Virus record (IMG/VR): IMGVR_UViG_3300012983_000035
Coordinates: 1-64,000 of that record
DNA: 64,000 nt
Direction: 5' to 3' (one strand)
Origin: a virus
Taxonomy: Duplodnaviria > Caudoviricetes
Shown piece by piece: positions 51,057-60,227 of the stretch (positions within the stretch are counted from its first letter, which is position 1; each line of letters begins with the position of its first letter). The translations under genes and the position numbers were made by a program. The notes beneath the pieces are model-generated. The model searched no databases. It saw only the letters and a program-made list of their open reading frames with translations, and was not told the DNA's origin.

Positions 51057-51842
51057 ATGTTGAAAGTGTTTGATAAACTCATCGACAAAAATCCAAACAT
51101 TGATTATTGTATAGGTACTATAATCAATGAGTATGATATCAAACGAGCACATCCAACAGCGTGCTACTTTATTTTTGGCAAAGAGATGTACGATAAATTA
51201 ATGAATATGAACAAACTTGATTGTAATATTCTCATCGGTAAAATGATGAAAGAAGATAAAACTCTTTACCCTAAAATAGAAAAACAAATGTTACGGTTTA
51301 TGAATATGTTTTGCGAGGCAAATAATATAGATGAAAAGAATTTTGTATCATCTACTCGCGATTCAATGGTGCTTGTAAATAAGAAACCTATTAAAACTGA
51401 ATTCGAAAATGGTTATCTTAGGTTCGTAAACAAAGAAGGAGAATATACTTCATACATACGTATCGATAATTTGGAGGTGTTATTTGATAGTATGAGTGGT
51501 AATCTTAGAATAAAAGGTATAGATGAAGAATATGTAAAAGCTAATCAACCTTTTATAAGATTATTTAAACAGATGCTTATGATACTGGAATCTTCTAAGA
51601 CGACTCCTATGCCAGTTTGTATGAGGAAGATCCAACAAATAAGAGAAAAATATCTTAATTCTAAAGATCCTAGAATGTATGCTTGTCTTACTAGAAATAA
51701 TAGGTATGAATATATAATTGATGGTGAAAAAGTTGAATCTGAAGCTTATCTTGAAGAAAAAGATGGAATTCAACTCATAAAACACTCTAATTATATAAAC
51801 CTCATTATGCCCCTAATTAAGATATACTTTAGGCCACATTAA
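51057..51842 (+). CDS. Hypothetical protein with polymerase palm-like motifs
   Basis: EYDIKRAHPT (motif-A-like) and STRDSMVL (motif-C-like); GAGG RBS. Confidence 0.55.
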   Translation: MLKVFDKLIDKNPNIDYCIGTIINEYDIKRAHPTACYFIFGKEMYDKLMNMNKLDCNILIGKMMKEDKTLYPKIEKQMLRFMNMFCEANNIDEKNFVSSTRDSMVLVNKKPIKTEFENGYLRFVNKEGEYTSYIRIDNLEVLFDSMSGNLRIKGIDEEYVKANQPFIRLFKQMLMILESSKTTPMPVCMRKIQQIREKYLNSKDPRMYACLTRNNRYEYIIDGEKVESEAYLEEKDGIQLIKHSNYINLIMPLIKIYFRPH

Positions 51843-51925
51843 GGGTACTTAGAGAAACGTACACTTTTTAGACATAATTATGCACAAATGTTTTATGTGC
51901 AATTCTTATAACAGAGAGGTAAGCA

Positions 51926-54900
51926 ATGATTGTTATAAAACGAGATGGTAGTAAATCTGAGTTTGATAAAGAAAAGATATTTACTGCTATATCTAAAGCG
52001 AACGATTCGATTACAAAGAAAGCAAACAAGATCACTAAAAAAGAAATAGAAGAAATAACGGATGAGATTGCTAAAGCTTGTGAAGATATTAAATCTGATA
52101 AAAATCGAACTGTAGAAGCAATCCAAGATCTTGTTGAAGAAAAGCTAATTGAACGACAAAAGGTTAAATTAGCTAGAAATTATATTGCTTATAGGGAAGA
52201 AAGAACAAGGATTCGTAATAGAAGTAATACCCTATATAAAGACGTATTTTCTAAAGCATTTGCTAAAAATATTGAAAATCAAAATGCAAATGTTGATGAA
52301 GCATCTTTTGGTGGAAGAAAAGGTGAAGCTGCTAACGTAATGCTTAAACGTTTAGCTTTAGATGAAGTTATATCTGAGAAATATAGAAAGAATCATGAAG
52401 AAAATCGTATTTATATTCATGATCTAGATTCTTATCTTCTTGGCATGAGCAATTGTTTAAGCGTTCCATTTGATAAGATTCTTGCTAATGGTTTTAATAC
52501 TAGACAGACAGATGTTAGACCTGCTAGCAGTATAAGTACAGCTTTCCAACTTGTAGCGGTAATCTTCCAATTACAATCTTTACAACAATTCGGTAAACCA
52601 AAGAGTATCTGCCGAATCAAAACCTTGTGAACTCACAAATGTGAGGTGTTTCTTTATGTAAATAGAGAAGCTAACGGTCAACTAAATCGAAAGATTAAGG
52701 TGGTAAGAGAGCCTAAGTCCTATTTATAGGATACGGTAATACCGTGTTAAGAAGATATACTATTATTCTCTTAATGTATCGACTATCGAAAGCATAGCTA
52801 AGAAGAAATATCTTAGTGAAGAAGCGAGTAGAGTACACGATTAGATGAAACTCCTACGTGGAAGTGCAAGGATGTATATGTGTTTATATACATAAGATAT
52901 AGTCAGGCTTTATAGAAATATAAAGGATAGAACTGGGATGTTCTGCTACACACCTTGACACAACTATGGTTCCGTATGTAAGAAAAAGTTTTTTCAAACA
53001 TTACATGACTGTTATGGATATTGTTCCATTTGTTAAAGAATCGTGGTTGGATAAAAGCGTTAATAAAAACTCATCAAAAGATATATCTATTGATGATGAA
53101 ATATATAAAGGTAAAAAATGGTTTAACTTTATCAAACGATATGTTTGGAATAAAGCAATGAAATTGACTGTAAGGGAATTGAACCAAGCTATTGAGGGAA
53201 TGTATCATAACCTTAATACCTTACAGTCGCGTTCTGGTGCGTTTAATCGCCTAGTAGCATAGAGATATGTTACCGTAAACGGGCAAAATCGGTGAAGTCT
53301 AAGTGATTTTATATCATATGATAATACCGAGGTAACTTGAGATATTGCGAATAGGATCTTAAGTACCGTAGAGCGTAGGAGATGAATAAATATAATTCTC
53401 CCAAGAGTGTCCGTCACCAGATATTATAGATATCTGTGAGTTGGAATGATTACCAACAATACCTAACGTTAAACGAGGGTGAAAATGTACGCCGAGCTTA
53501 TAGGAAACTATAAGAACTAGAGGATAAAAAGCCTTTAGGATAACAAATCTGAATCAGTTGCCTTTTACTTCAATTAACTATGGTCTCTGTACTTTAACAG
53601 AAGGACGCATGGTTACAAAAGCTCTCTTAGAGGGCAGTTTAAAAGGTGTTGGTAAATTCCATAAAACACCTATCTTCCCTTGTGGAATATTCCAATATAA
53701 ACAAGGGGTAAATGATAAACCTGGTACTCCTAATTATGATTTAAAGAAACTTGCTATCAAATCTACTGTTAGACGTTTGTATCCCAATTACGCAAACTGT
53801 GATTGGTCTGTAAACGATTCTGCTATTGATTATGATAGAGTTACAAAAAGAGAAATCATTAGGAATATTAGAGATAATGATAAAGATACATATGATAAAC
53901 TTGTAAAATTCTTTACTGAACATTACGACATTTGTAAATATCTTCGTCTTGAATTAGTTGATAGTGGAACTGAAATTGGAATAATCGATGAAGTTCAACC
54001 TGATGAAGACATGGGAACCATAAAACCTGTGGCCTAGAACAGTGATGTTCTATGGAAAAACTTGCCTAAACATGGGAACGCTTGTGTTATTTACGTTCGA
54101 ACACAAGTCAATCGTGTGTTAAATTTGATATCGTATTAAAATAAAATGTCTCCTTGACGTATTTGTAGAAGGGGATGTATATTATGAAAGAAGAGATATG
54201 GAAATCTGTTAAGAACCATGAAGATTACTATGAAGTTAGTTCAGATGGGCGAGTTCGTAGTAAAATTAGTGGTAAGATCGTTGTTGGAGATGTAAATGCG
54301 GTCGGTTATAAACGAGTCACTTTATATGTGCCGAAAAAAGAAAGAGTGTTTGTTCATAGATTAGTAGCATCGCATTTTGTAGAAGGTGAAAATGATGGGT
54401 TAGTTGTGAATCACGTTGATGGTTGTAAAACTAATAATTCTGCTGAAAACCTTGAATGGGTTACTAGATCTGAAAACGATAAACACGCGTTTCGTCTTGG
54501 TTTAAGACACCCTAATCCACCAGAATATAAACATAAATACATTTTATATTCAAGAGATACAGGTGAGGTCTTAACACATTATACAACATCCATAGATTCA
54601 GCAACAGATTTGAATGTGACTAGATCTAGAGTTTATAACAGAGCCAATAAAGATCAGAAATTTGGACCTAATGGTAATTTAGGTTTGATATTAGAAACTG
54701 ATAAGACTATTGATGATCTTATAAATTCTGGAATTCTTAAATCTGAAACTGAACCGGTTACTCCATACGATATTAATAAAAACTAAACGACTATCGAAAG
54801 CATAGCTAAGAAGAAATATCTTAATGAAGAAGCGAGTAGAGTAGAATCAAGTGATTCGAAACGGCAAGGGTCTCACAGAGGTTAATACAATGTGAGATCG

Positions 54901-56381
54901 TGATATAGTCTAACCTGGATAGTGATATCCAGAATAGTTACAATTTGTGACTTAACGTAAGTGTAACGAGCTTGCGGAATAACTCTGAAGAAGGGGTTGT
55001 AGAACGTATAATGGAGCAGATGTTAATTTTAGTAAATCTTTCGAATACAATTTGGAATTGGCAGCTAGTGGAGAAACAGATTTATCAAAATATGACGATT
55101 GTGTTTCAGCTGCGTTGAAAGATGGGCGAGGAAATATTGCCCCTAATACAATAATTTTACCTACCGCAGCAATGGAATGTAAAACAGGTAAAATCAAGTT
55201 ATCGGACGATCTTATCGAAAACTTTATGTTATATCTTGATCAATTGATTCATGAAGCAAAAGATGAATTGATTGAACGATTTGAATATATTTGTTCACAA
55301 TCAGAAGCAGCAGCAAAGTTTATGTATGAGAATAGAACTTTCGTAGGATATATTCCTAGTGAGGGTATAAGATCTGCATTACGACATGGGACTTTGGTTA
55401 TTGGACAAATTGGTTTAGCTGAGACTTTAAATATTCTTATTGGAAAAGATCACACTACTTCTGAAGGAATGGAATTAGCTAAACGAATTGAGAACCTTTA
55501 TAAGAAAAGATGTGCTCAATTTAAAACAGAGTATAGCTTAAACTTTGGTGTGTATTATACGCCTAAAATCTGTGGGCGTCATATGAGTAATCATATGTAT
55601 AAAACTACGTTAAACGGGCTGAATGTAATAAATTGGTAAGAAAGGCTAAACTTTAATAAAAGCAAGCTAACCCCGTAGGATAGAACAATATGAGTTCTGT
55701 TCTCTAACGACTATCGAAAGCATAGCTAAGAAGAAATATCTTAGTGAAGAAGCGAGTAGAGTAGAATCAAGTGATTCGAAACGCGTAGCTCCAATAGATT
55801 AGTAACAGATTTATTGGATGATTATATAGTCTAATCCTCTTTTAAATATCGGGAAACCGAAGGTATAATAAAAGGCAGAAAATCTATGCTATACATCTAT
55901 GACCAAGTTTAAGAAAGCTTATGGTGAGATTGAAAATGTAAGCGATAGAAAATACTTTACAAATAGTATGCATGTTCCAGTATGGAAACAAATGTCACCT
56001 TTTAATAAGATTGACATTGAATCTGAATTAACAGGTTATTCTTCTGGTGGATGTATAACTTATGTAGAGGTTGATGAAAACGCTGCTAGAAACGAAACAG
56101 TTGTTGAACAAATTATCGATTACGAAATGAAAGAAAAGGATATCCCATATGCCGCTGTGAATTTGCCTAATAAGACTTGTAGAAAATGTGGTTATTCAGG
56201 TAAAATGGCAGGTGTAAATGGTGATGTTTGTCCTACATGTGGATCTAGTGAGATCGATGAATTAGGACGTATCACAGGTTATTTATTTGGAACGGTTAAC
56301 CAAGCTAACGCAGGTAAACAAGATGAATTTAAAGATCGTGTAGATCATACTGATTCATTGGTTGGATGGGCTAGACATTAA
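51926..56381 (+). CDS. nrdD: Anaerobic (class III) ribonucleotide reductase with ATP-cone; 5 exons: 51926-52594, 52936-53238, 53552-54021, 54994-55564, 55875-56381 (839 aa spliced)
   Basis: VIKRDG ATP-cone; splicing restores QQFG|GCSATHLD, SRSG|NQLPF, GTM|GCRT (ATG split as AT|G) and YTP|AENLC; Zn site CRKC..CPTC; glycyl-radical RITGYL; exon sum 2520 nt is in frame. Confidence 0.93.
52595..52935 (+). mobile_element. Group I intron 1 in nrdD (no ORF)
   Basis: 5' exon ends ttcggT and pairs with IGS gccgaa; P7 gactat/atagtc; terminal G. Confidence 0.88.
53239..53551 (+). mobile_element. Group I intron 2 in nrdD (no ORF)
   Basis: 5' exon ends ctggT; group-I-like core (aaaatcggtgaa, gataataccgagg); terminal G; removal restores SG|NQLPF. 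Confidence 0.85.
54022..54993 (+). mobile_element. Group I intron 3 in nrdD, carrying an HNH homing endonuclease
   Basis: Exon end ccaT pairs with IGS gtgg; P7 gactat/atagtc; terminal G; splits the Met codon of MGCRT. Confidence 0.88.
54175..54786 (+). CDS. Intron-encoded NUMOD4-HNH homing endonuclease
   Basis: EIWKSV..YEVSSDGRVRS (NUMOD4); VHRLVA...VNHVDGCKTNNSAENLEW..EN.KHA (HNH). Confidence 0.92.
   Translation: MYIMKEEIWKSVKNHEDYYEVSSDGRVRSKISGKIVVGDVNAVGYKRVTLYVPKKERVFVHRLVASHFVEGENDGLVVNHVDGCKTNNSAENLEWVTRSENDKHAFRLGLRHPNPPEYKHKYILYSRDTGEVLTHYTTSIDSATDLNVTRSRVYNRANKDQKFGPNGNLGLILETDKTIDDLINSGILKSETEPVTPYDINKN
55565..55874 (+). mobile_element. Group I intron 4 in nrdD (no ORF)
   Basis: Exon end acgccT pairs with IGS gggcgt; P7 gactat/atagtc; terminal G. 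Confidence 0.88.
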
Positions 56382-56446
56382 ATAACATAAACCTCTCCTA
56401 GATAAAACTAGGAGAGGTTATTTTCACTATTTTAAAAGGAGATTAC

Positions 56447-56866
56447 ATGAAAAAGTTATTTGCATCGTTGGTTGTTATTATTTTAGTAACATTTACTGTT
56501 ACTTCACAATCTTTAAGAAACCCACAATTTTTAAATTCTGTCTCAGATAGAGTTCAACAGGATGGAAACAAATCTGTTATAAAAAATTTCAATTATACGG
56601 ATATTAATGAAACTTTAGTAGACGCTGAGATTGTATTTTATGAAGATTATAATTCTGCTATATTTAGATTTATAATTCCTAAGACAATGAAATATGATGA
56701 AGGTGATATTGAGGTTATGTTTAAACATCTTGTGGAAACTTGGATTGAAGATCAAGAACACAGATATTATACATATACTGTCACTAATAGAAAATCATTT
56801 TTTAGTAGAAAGGACAAAGATGGAAACAAAGTTACAATTAGAGAATTCAAAGTGTACTTTGGATGA
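56447..56866 (+). CDS. Exported protein with signal peptide, between nrdD and nrdG
   Basis: MKKLFASLVVIILVTFTVTSQ N-terminus; AAGGAG RBS. Confidence 0.75.
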   Translation: MKKLFASLVVIILVTFTVTSQSLRNPQFLNSVSDRVQQDGNKSVIKNFNYTDINETLVDAEIVFYEDYNSAIFRFIIPKTMKYDEGDIEVMFKHLVETWIEDQEHRYYTYTVTNRKSFFSRKDKDGNKVTIREFKVYFG

Positions 56867-56879
56867 TAAAATTAAAAAT

Positions 56880-57491
56880 ATGAGATATGCTGGTATTATT
56901 GTTGATGATATAGTTGATTCGTTTAATGGTATCAGTTTATCTTTTTGGACACAAGGTTGTCCATTTCATTGTAAAGGTTGTCATAATCCACAAACTTGGG
57001 ATCCATCTGGAGGATTACCTATCCCAGAAGATATCGATGAGTTTATTAAAGATAAACTTCATGCTAATGGGATAATTAGAAATTTTTCTATTCTTGGTGG
57101 AGAACCGCTATATGATGATAATGTCAAATTAGTTAGACATCTAGTAGAATTAGTGTCAAAGTTTTCTCCTAGTTCTAAGATTTATCTTTGGACAGGATAT
57201 AAGATTGAAGATCTTATTGATAGAGCTGTTCATGAACGAGAGTTTGATTCTAATGATGATTTGTACGTAGTTTTATCTAAAGTAAATTATCTTATAGATG
57301 GACAATATGAAGAAGAGAATAGAGATACTATAAATTTGATGTTAAGAGGTTCGTCTAATCAACGCATTTTTGAACGTTATGATAGAAAGATTTTAAAATA
57401 CTTTACTGTTTGTGATTTTTATTATAAAGATATAACTAAAGAAGTTGACAACTCGAATAAAATTAGATTCAATATTAAATGTACAAGATGA
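56880..57491 (+). CDS. nrdG: Anaerobic RNR activase (radical SAM)
   Basis: MRYAGI..DD, FWTQGCPFHCKGCHNPQTW, ILGGEPL, WTGY, IDGQY, RGSSNQR. Confidence 0.93.
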   Translation: MRYAGIIVDDIVDSFNGISLSFWTQGCPFHCKGCHNPQTWDPSGGLPIPEDIDEFIKDKLHANGIIRNFSILGGEPLYDDNVKLVRHLVELVSKFSPSSKIYLWTGYKIEDLIDRAVHEREFDSNDDLYVVLSKVNYLIDGQYEEENRDTINLMLRGSSNQRIFERYDRKILKYFTVCDFYYKDITKEVDNSNKIRFNIKCTR

Positions 57492-57623
57492 TTTTTAGTT
57501 ATTTGGGATAATTGATTGTATATTATAATTGTGTATGGGAGGACACTATGAACAATTCAAGTTGAATAAACTCTTTAAATTCCAATTATATTAATACAAT
57601 TGATTATTTAAGGAGATTAAAAC

Positions 57624-58178
57624 ATGTTGTGTGGAAATGAAAAATTATTGGTTGAGATTGTTGAAGATGGATATTTTAAATCTATGACATTGGATGATGC
57701 TTATGAATTTGTTAAGCAAGGTAAAACAATAAATGTTCAGATTTATAATATATGGAAAAGAACAAAACTGACTTTAGTAGATAAAAGTGCTTTGTATAAA
57801 AATAAAAAGACATTTTGTAAAATCGTAATAGCAGTTAGTAAAAATGTCCACTATATTGAAAAAGACAGTGAAATTCCATCTTATTTTGAAGATGGAACTA
57901 TCGTGTTCATTAAATCTCAACGAATACGTAAAAACACACCGATATTGTTTAACCCTACTACAATGTGGTTAGACAGAAAAGATATTGCTAGTTGTTACGC
58001 TGAATCTGTTGAAAAAGTAAATGTTGATGACATTGATGCTAACTTTTATAAACTTGAAGTAGCTGATGTTGGAAAATTATACTTGGATAATTCGTATATT
58101 GAATTGTCAGATGGATTCTTGATTAAATCTGATGGTACATTTGAATTTGAACCTGAAGATGAAGAAATGACTGCATAA
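57624..58178 (+). CDS. Hypothetical protein, possible degenerate free-standing Hint/intein-like domain
   Basis: N-terminus MLCGNEKLLV and C-terminal FYKLEV...YIELSDGFLI resemble intein blocks A and F/G without the catalytic ends. Confidence 0.5.
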   Translation: MLCGNEKLLVEIVEDGYFKSMTLDDAYEFVKQGKTINVQIYNIWKRTKLTLVDKSALYKNKKTFCKIVIAVSKNVHYIEKDSEIPSYFEDGTIVFIKSQRIRKNTPILFNPTTMWLDRKDIASCYAESVEKVNVDDIDANFYKLEVADVGKLYLDNSYIELSDGFLIKSDGTFEFEPEDEEMTA

Positions 58179-58300
58179 AAAATAAAATAGATAACCCGGA
58201 TTTGTCCGGGTTATTTTTTATAAAATAATAATTACATGTACATTATATTGATTAGAATTTGTTAGTATATGATTTTTTATTTAAACTAAAATATCATGTA

Positions 58301-58315
58301 TATATTCTAATTATG
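58301..58315 (+). promoter_or_regulatory. TATATT-N7-TG promoter in front of the structured non-coding region
   Basis: tatatt-ctaatta-tg; the first hairpin starts at 58316. Confidence 0.65.
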
Positions 58316-58800
58316 AATAAAGTGGTGAATTGTGGATAATACAACCCCTCCCACCCAATCTATAATTTCACATACTTTATTAGTCAGAACAAGCATAAGT
58401 GTAATTCTGGATGTTTACATTTATAAAGCTTGTTCTGATATTTTTTGCGAACGTTGCGTTGGTGCAATATGTGTGTTTCGGATTCATATCGTAGATGTAC
58501 GAATTTATCCACATTATAAAATGCTATATAGAAAGTTCGAATCTTTCCGTTCGCGTGTCTAAAAACAACGTTAATTGTAAACAGTAATAAGTATATTTGT
58601 ATACGTCCTAATTATATTTATGAAGTATCATCAGATATAATTTCTTGGACATTGTATAATTCCGATATATCTTATTAAAAATGTCATATATGTTAGTTTT
58701 TAGAAAAGTCTTGTCTTACTATAAGACTGTTGGTATTGAGGAAGTTTAAGTCGTATTTTCGATTTATTCTTCCTCAATATTCAATCATGGTCTTTTTTTT
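58315..58800 (+). ncRNA. Putative structured ncRNA (~480 nt)
   Basis: Long hairpins 58316-58381 (C-rich loop), 58384-58438 and 58734-58779; tRNA-like module; T-run at 58793-58800. Confidence 0.55.
58447..58555 (+). tRNA. tRNA-like element with aberrant, enlarged anticodon region (identity unassignable)
   Basis: 7-bp acceptor gcgaacg/cgttcgc; T-arm gaaag-TTCGAAT-ctttc; D-like ttgcg-ttgg-tgcaa; 109 nt; no encoded CCA. Confidence 0.45.
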
Positions 58801-58825
58801 GTTTAAAAAATGAAGGGTTAATGAT

Positions 58826-59575
58826 ATGGGTAAGTTTTATATAAAGCCTAGTGATGAGAGTGAAAATGGCGTTGTTAAACTAGAATATGATAAAAATAAT
58901 ATTATTCATTTGGATGATATTCCTGATATCGATTTTGATATGAAGATGACATCAGTTAATGAAAAATATTACAAGTATGTAACAAAGATGTGTCGACATA
59001 CACCAGAATATAGAGATTTTATTCAGTTTATGAAACATAACTTGAATGTAGATCATTGTTCATTTTATGAAGGATATTCTATTAAGAATGGTTTCACAAT
59101 TGAATTACATCACGCTCCATTTACATTGTATGATTATGTGGAAGCCTGCTGTACAAAATCTATGTATAGAAATGGGTGGGTTGAAACATTTAAGATATGT
59201 GAAGAAGTAATAGCTCTACATTATAGATTTATGGTTGGTTTGACTCCTCTTAATCCAACAGCTCACAAATTAGTGCACTCAGATGTACTTCCTGTACATC
59301 CTAAGATTGTAATTGGTGATTGGAAATCTTTTTATGGAGAATATAGTGCTTGGTTGAGCGAATCCGCTATAAAGAAATATGAAGATGCTGTCGCTATGGA
59401 GAAAAAGACTGAGGTTCCTGGTGTTCCTAAAATATTAGAATATGCTCCTACTATTCTTAAGACTAATCTACCTAGACTTACGGAAAAAGATTTGGATAAG
59501 ATGGTTATTGAAAACAAGATAAAGATGTTAGAAGCTAACCAACAGAAATTACAGGAGGATAAAAATGGTATTTAA
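58826..59575 (+). CDS. HNH-like (His-rich) protein
   Basis: IELHHAPFTLYD...LTPLNPTAHKLVH. Confidence 0.55.
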   Translation: MGKFYIKPSDESENGVVKLEYDKNNIIHLDDIPDIDFDMKMTSVNEKYYKYVTKMCRHTPEYRDFIQFMKHNLNVDHCSFYEGYSIKNGFTIELHHAPFTLYDYVEACCTKSMYRNGWVETFKICEEVIALHYRFMVGLTPLNPTAHKLVHSDVLPVHPKIVIGDWKSFYGEYSAWLSESAIKKYEDAVAMEKKTEVPGVPKILEYAPTILKTNLPRLTEKDLDKMVIENKIKMLEANQQKLQEDKNGI

Positions 59576-60194
59576 TATTATTATTTTAACATTGGTTATT
59601 TTATTAGCAGTTGCTATGTTTTTCATTTATATAAAGATGCCAAAACAAATAGTTAGTAAAAAGACTGTATTTGATGATACAAAAGATTATTTACATGTGA
59701 TAAATTCGTTTATAAGAAATGAATTTTTATTTGAATTGAAAAAATGGATAATGCAGTCTAAATCTGTGACCAATGTGGCTAATGGTGAAAATAAATTCTA
59801 CACAGAATTAACTGATGATGAAATTTTACAACAAAAATTATCAAAAATAACTGCGTTAATTATAACTAAGATGTCATCAGATGTTAAAAATGCTTTTTAT
59901 AGATTATATTCTACTAGTTTTTCGTATTATGGTTCTGATGACGATGAACCTACTACCGATAAAGATACTTTGTATATTTACGTTGCAAGATTGCTTGCAT
60001 TATATGTAAGTAGAATAGTTACTGAATTAACCACTTTAATGACAAAATTCCCAGATATCTCACAAAGTGAAATAATGAGCGATTACATTATAGAAATTAA
60101 TAATGAACTCTACATCTATAATGAGACATATGTAATAAATTTAAACACAGTAGATGAAAATAACTTCACACAAAAAACACAACATATGTCTTAG
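59565..60194 (+). CDS. N-terminally anchored membrane protein
   Basis: MVFNIIILTLVILLAVAMFFIYI; AGGAGG RBS. Confidence 0.75.
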   Translation: MVFNIIILTLVILLAVAMFFIYIKMPKQIVSKKTVFDDTKDYLHVINSFIRNEFLFELKKWIMQSKSVTNVANGENKFYTELTDDEILQQKLSKITALIITKMSSDVKNAFYRLYSTSFSYYGSDDDEPTTDKDTLYIYVARLLALYVSRIVTELTTLMTKFPDISQSEIMSDYIIEINNELYIYNETYVINLNTVDENNFTQKTQHMS

Positions 60195-60227
60195 ACTTGG
60201 ATTTATTAATTAAGGAGAAAAATATAA

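Noticed and set aside
51926-56381. nrdD as a frameshifted pseudogene or intein-split gene
   Set aside because: Each gap has group I splice signals, and their removal restores a single frame with intact motifs.
58331-58513. Two perfect DnaA boxes (tgtggataa at 58331, ttatccaca at 58505) as a replication origin
   Set aside because: Only two sites, both within predicted RNA stems of the putative ncRNA; RNA pairing or chance explains them more simply.
58332-58562. 76-aa ORF
   Set aside because: GTG start with weak RBS, atypical composition, and it overlaps strong RNA structures.
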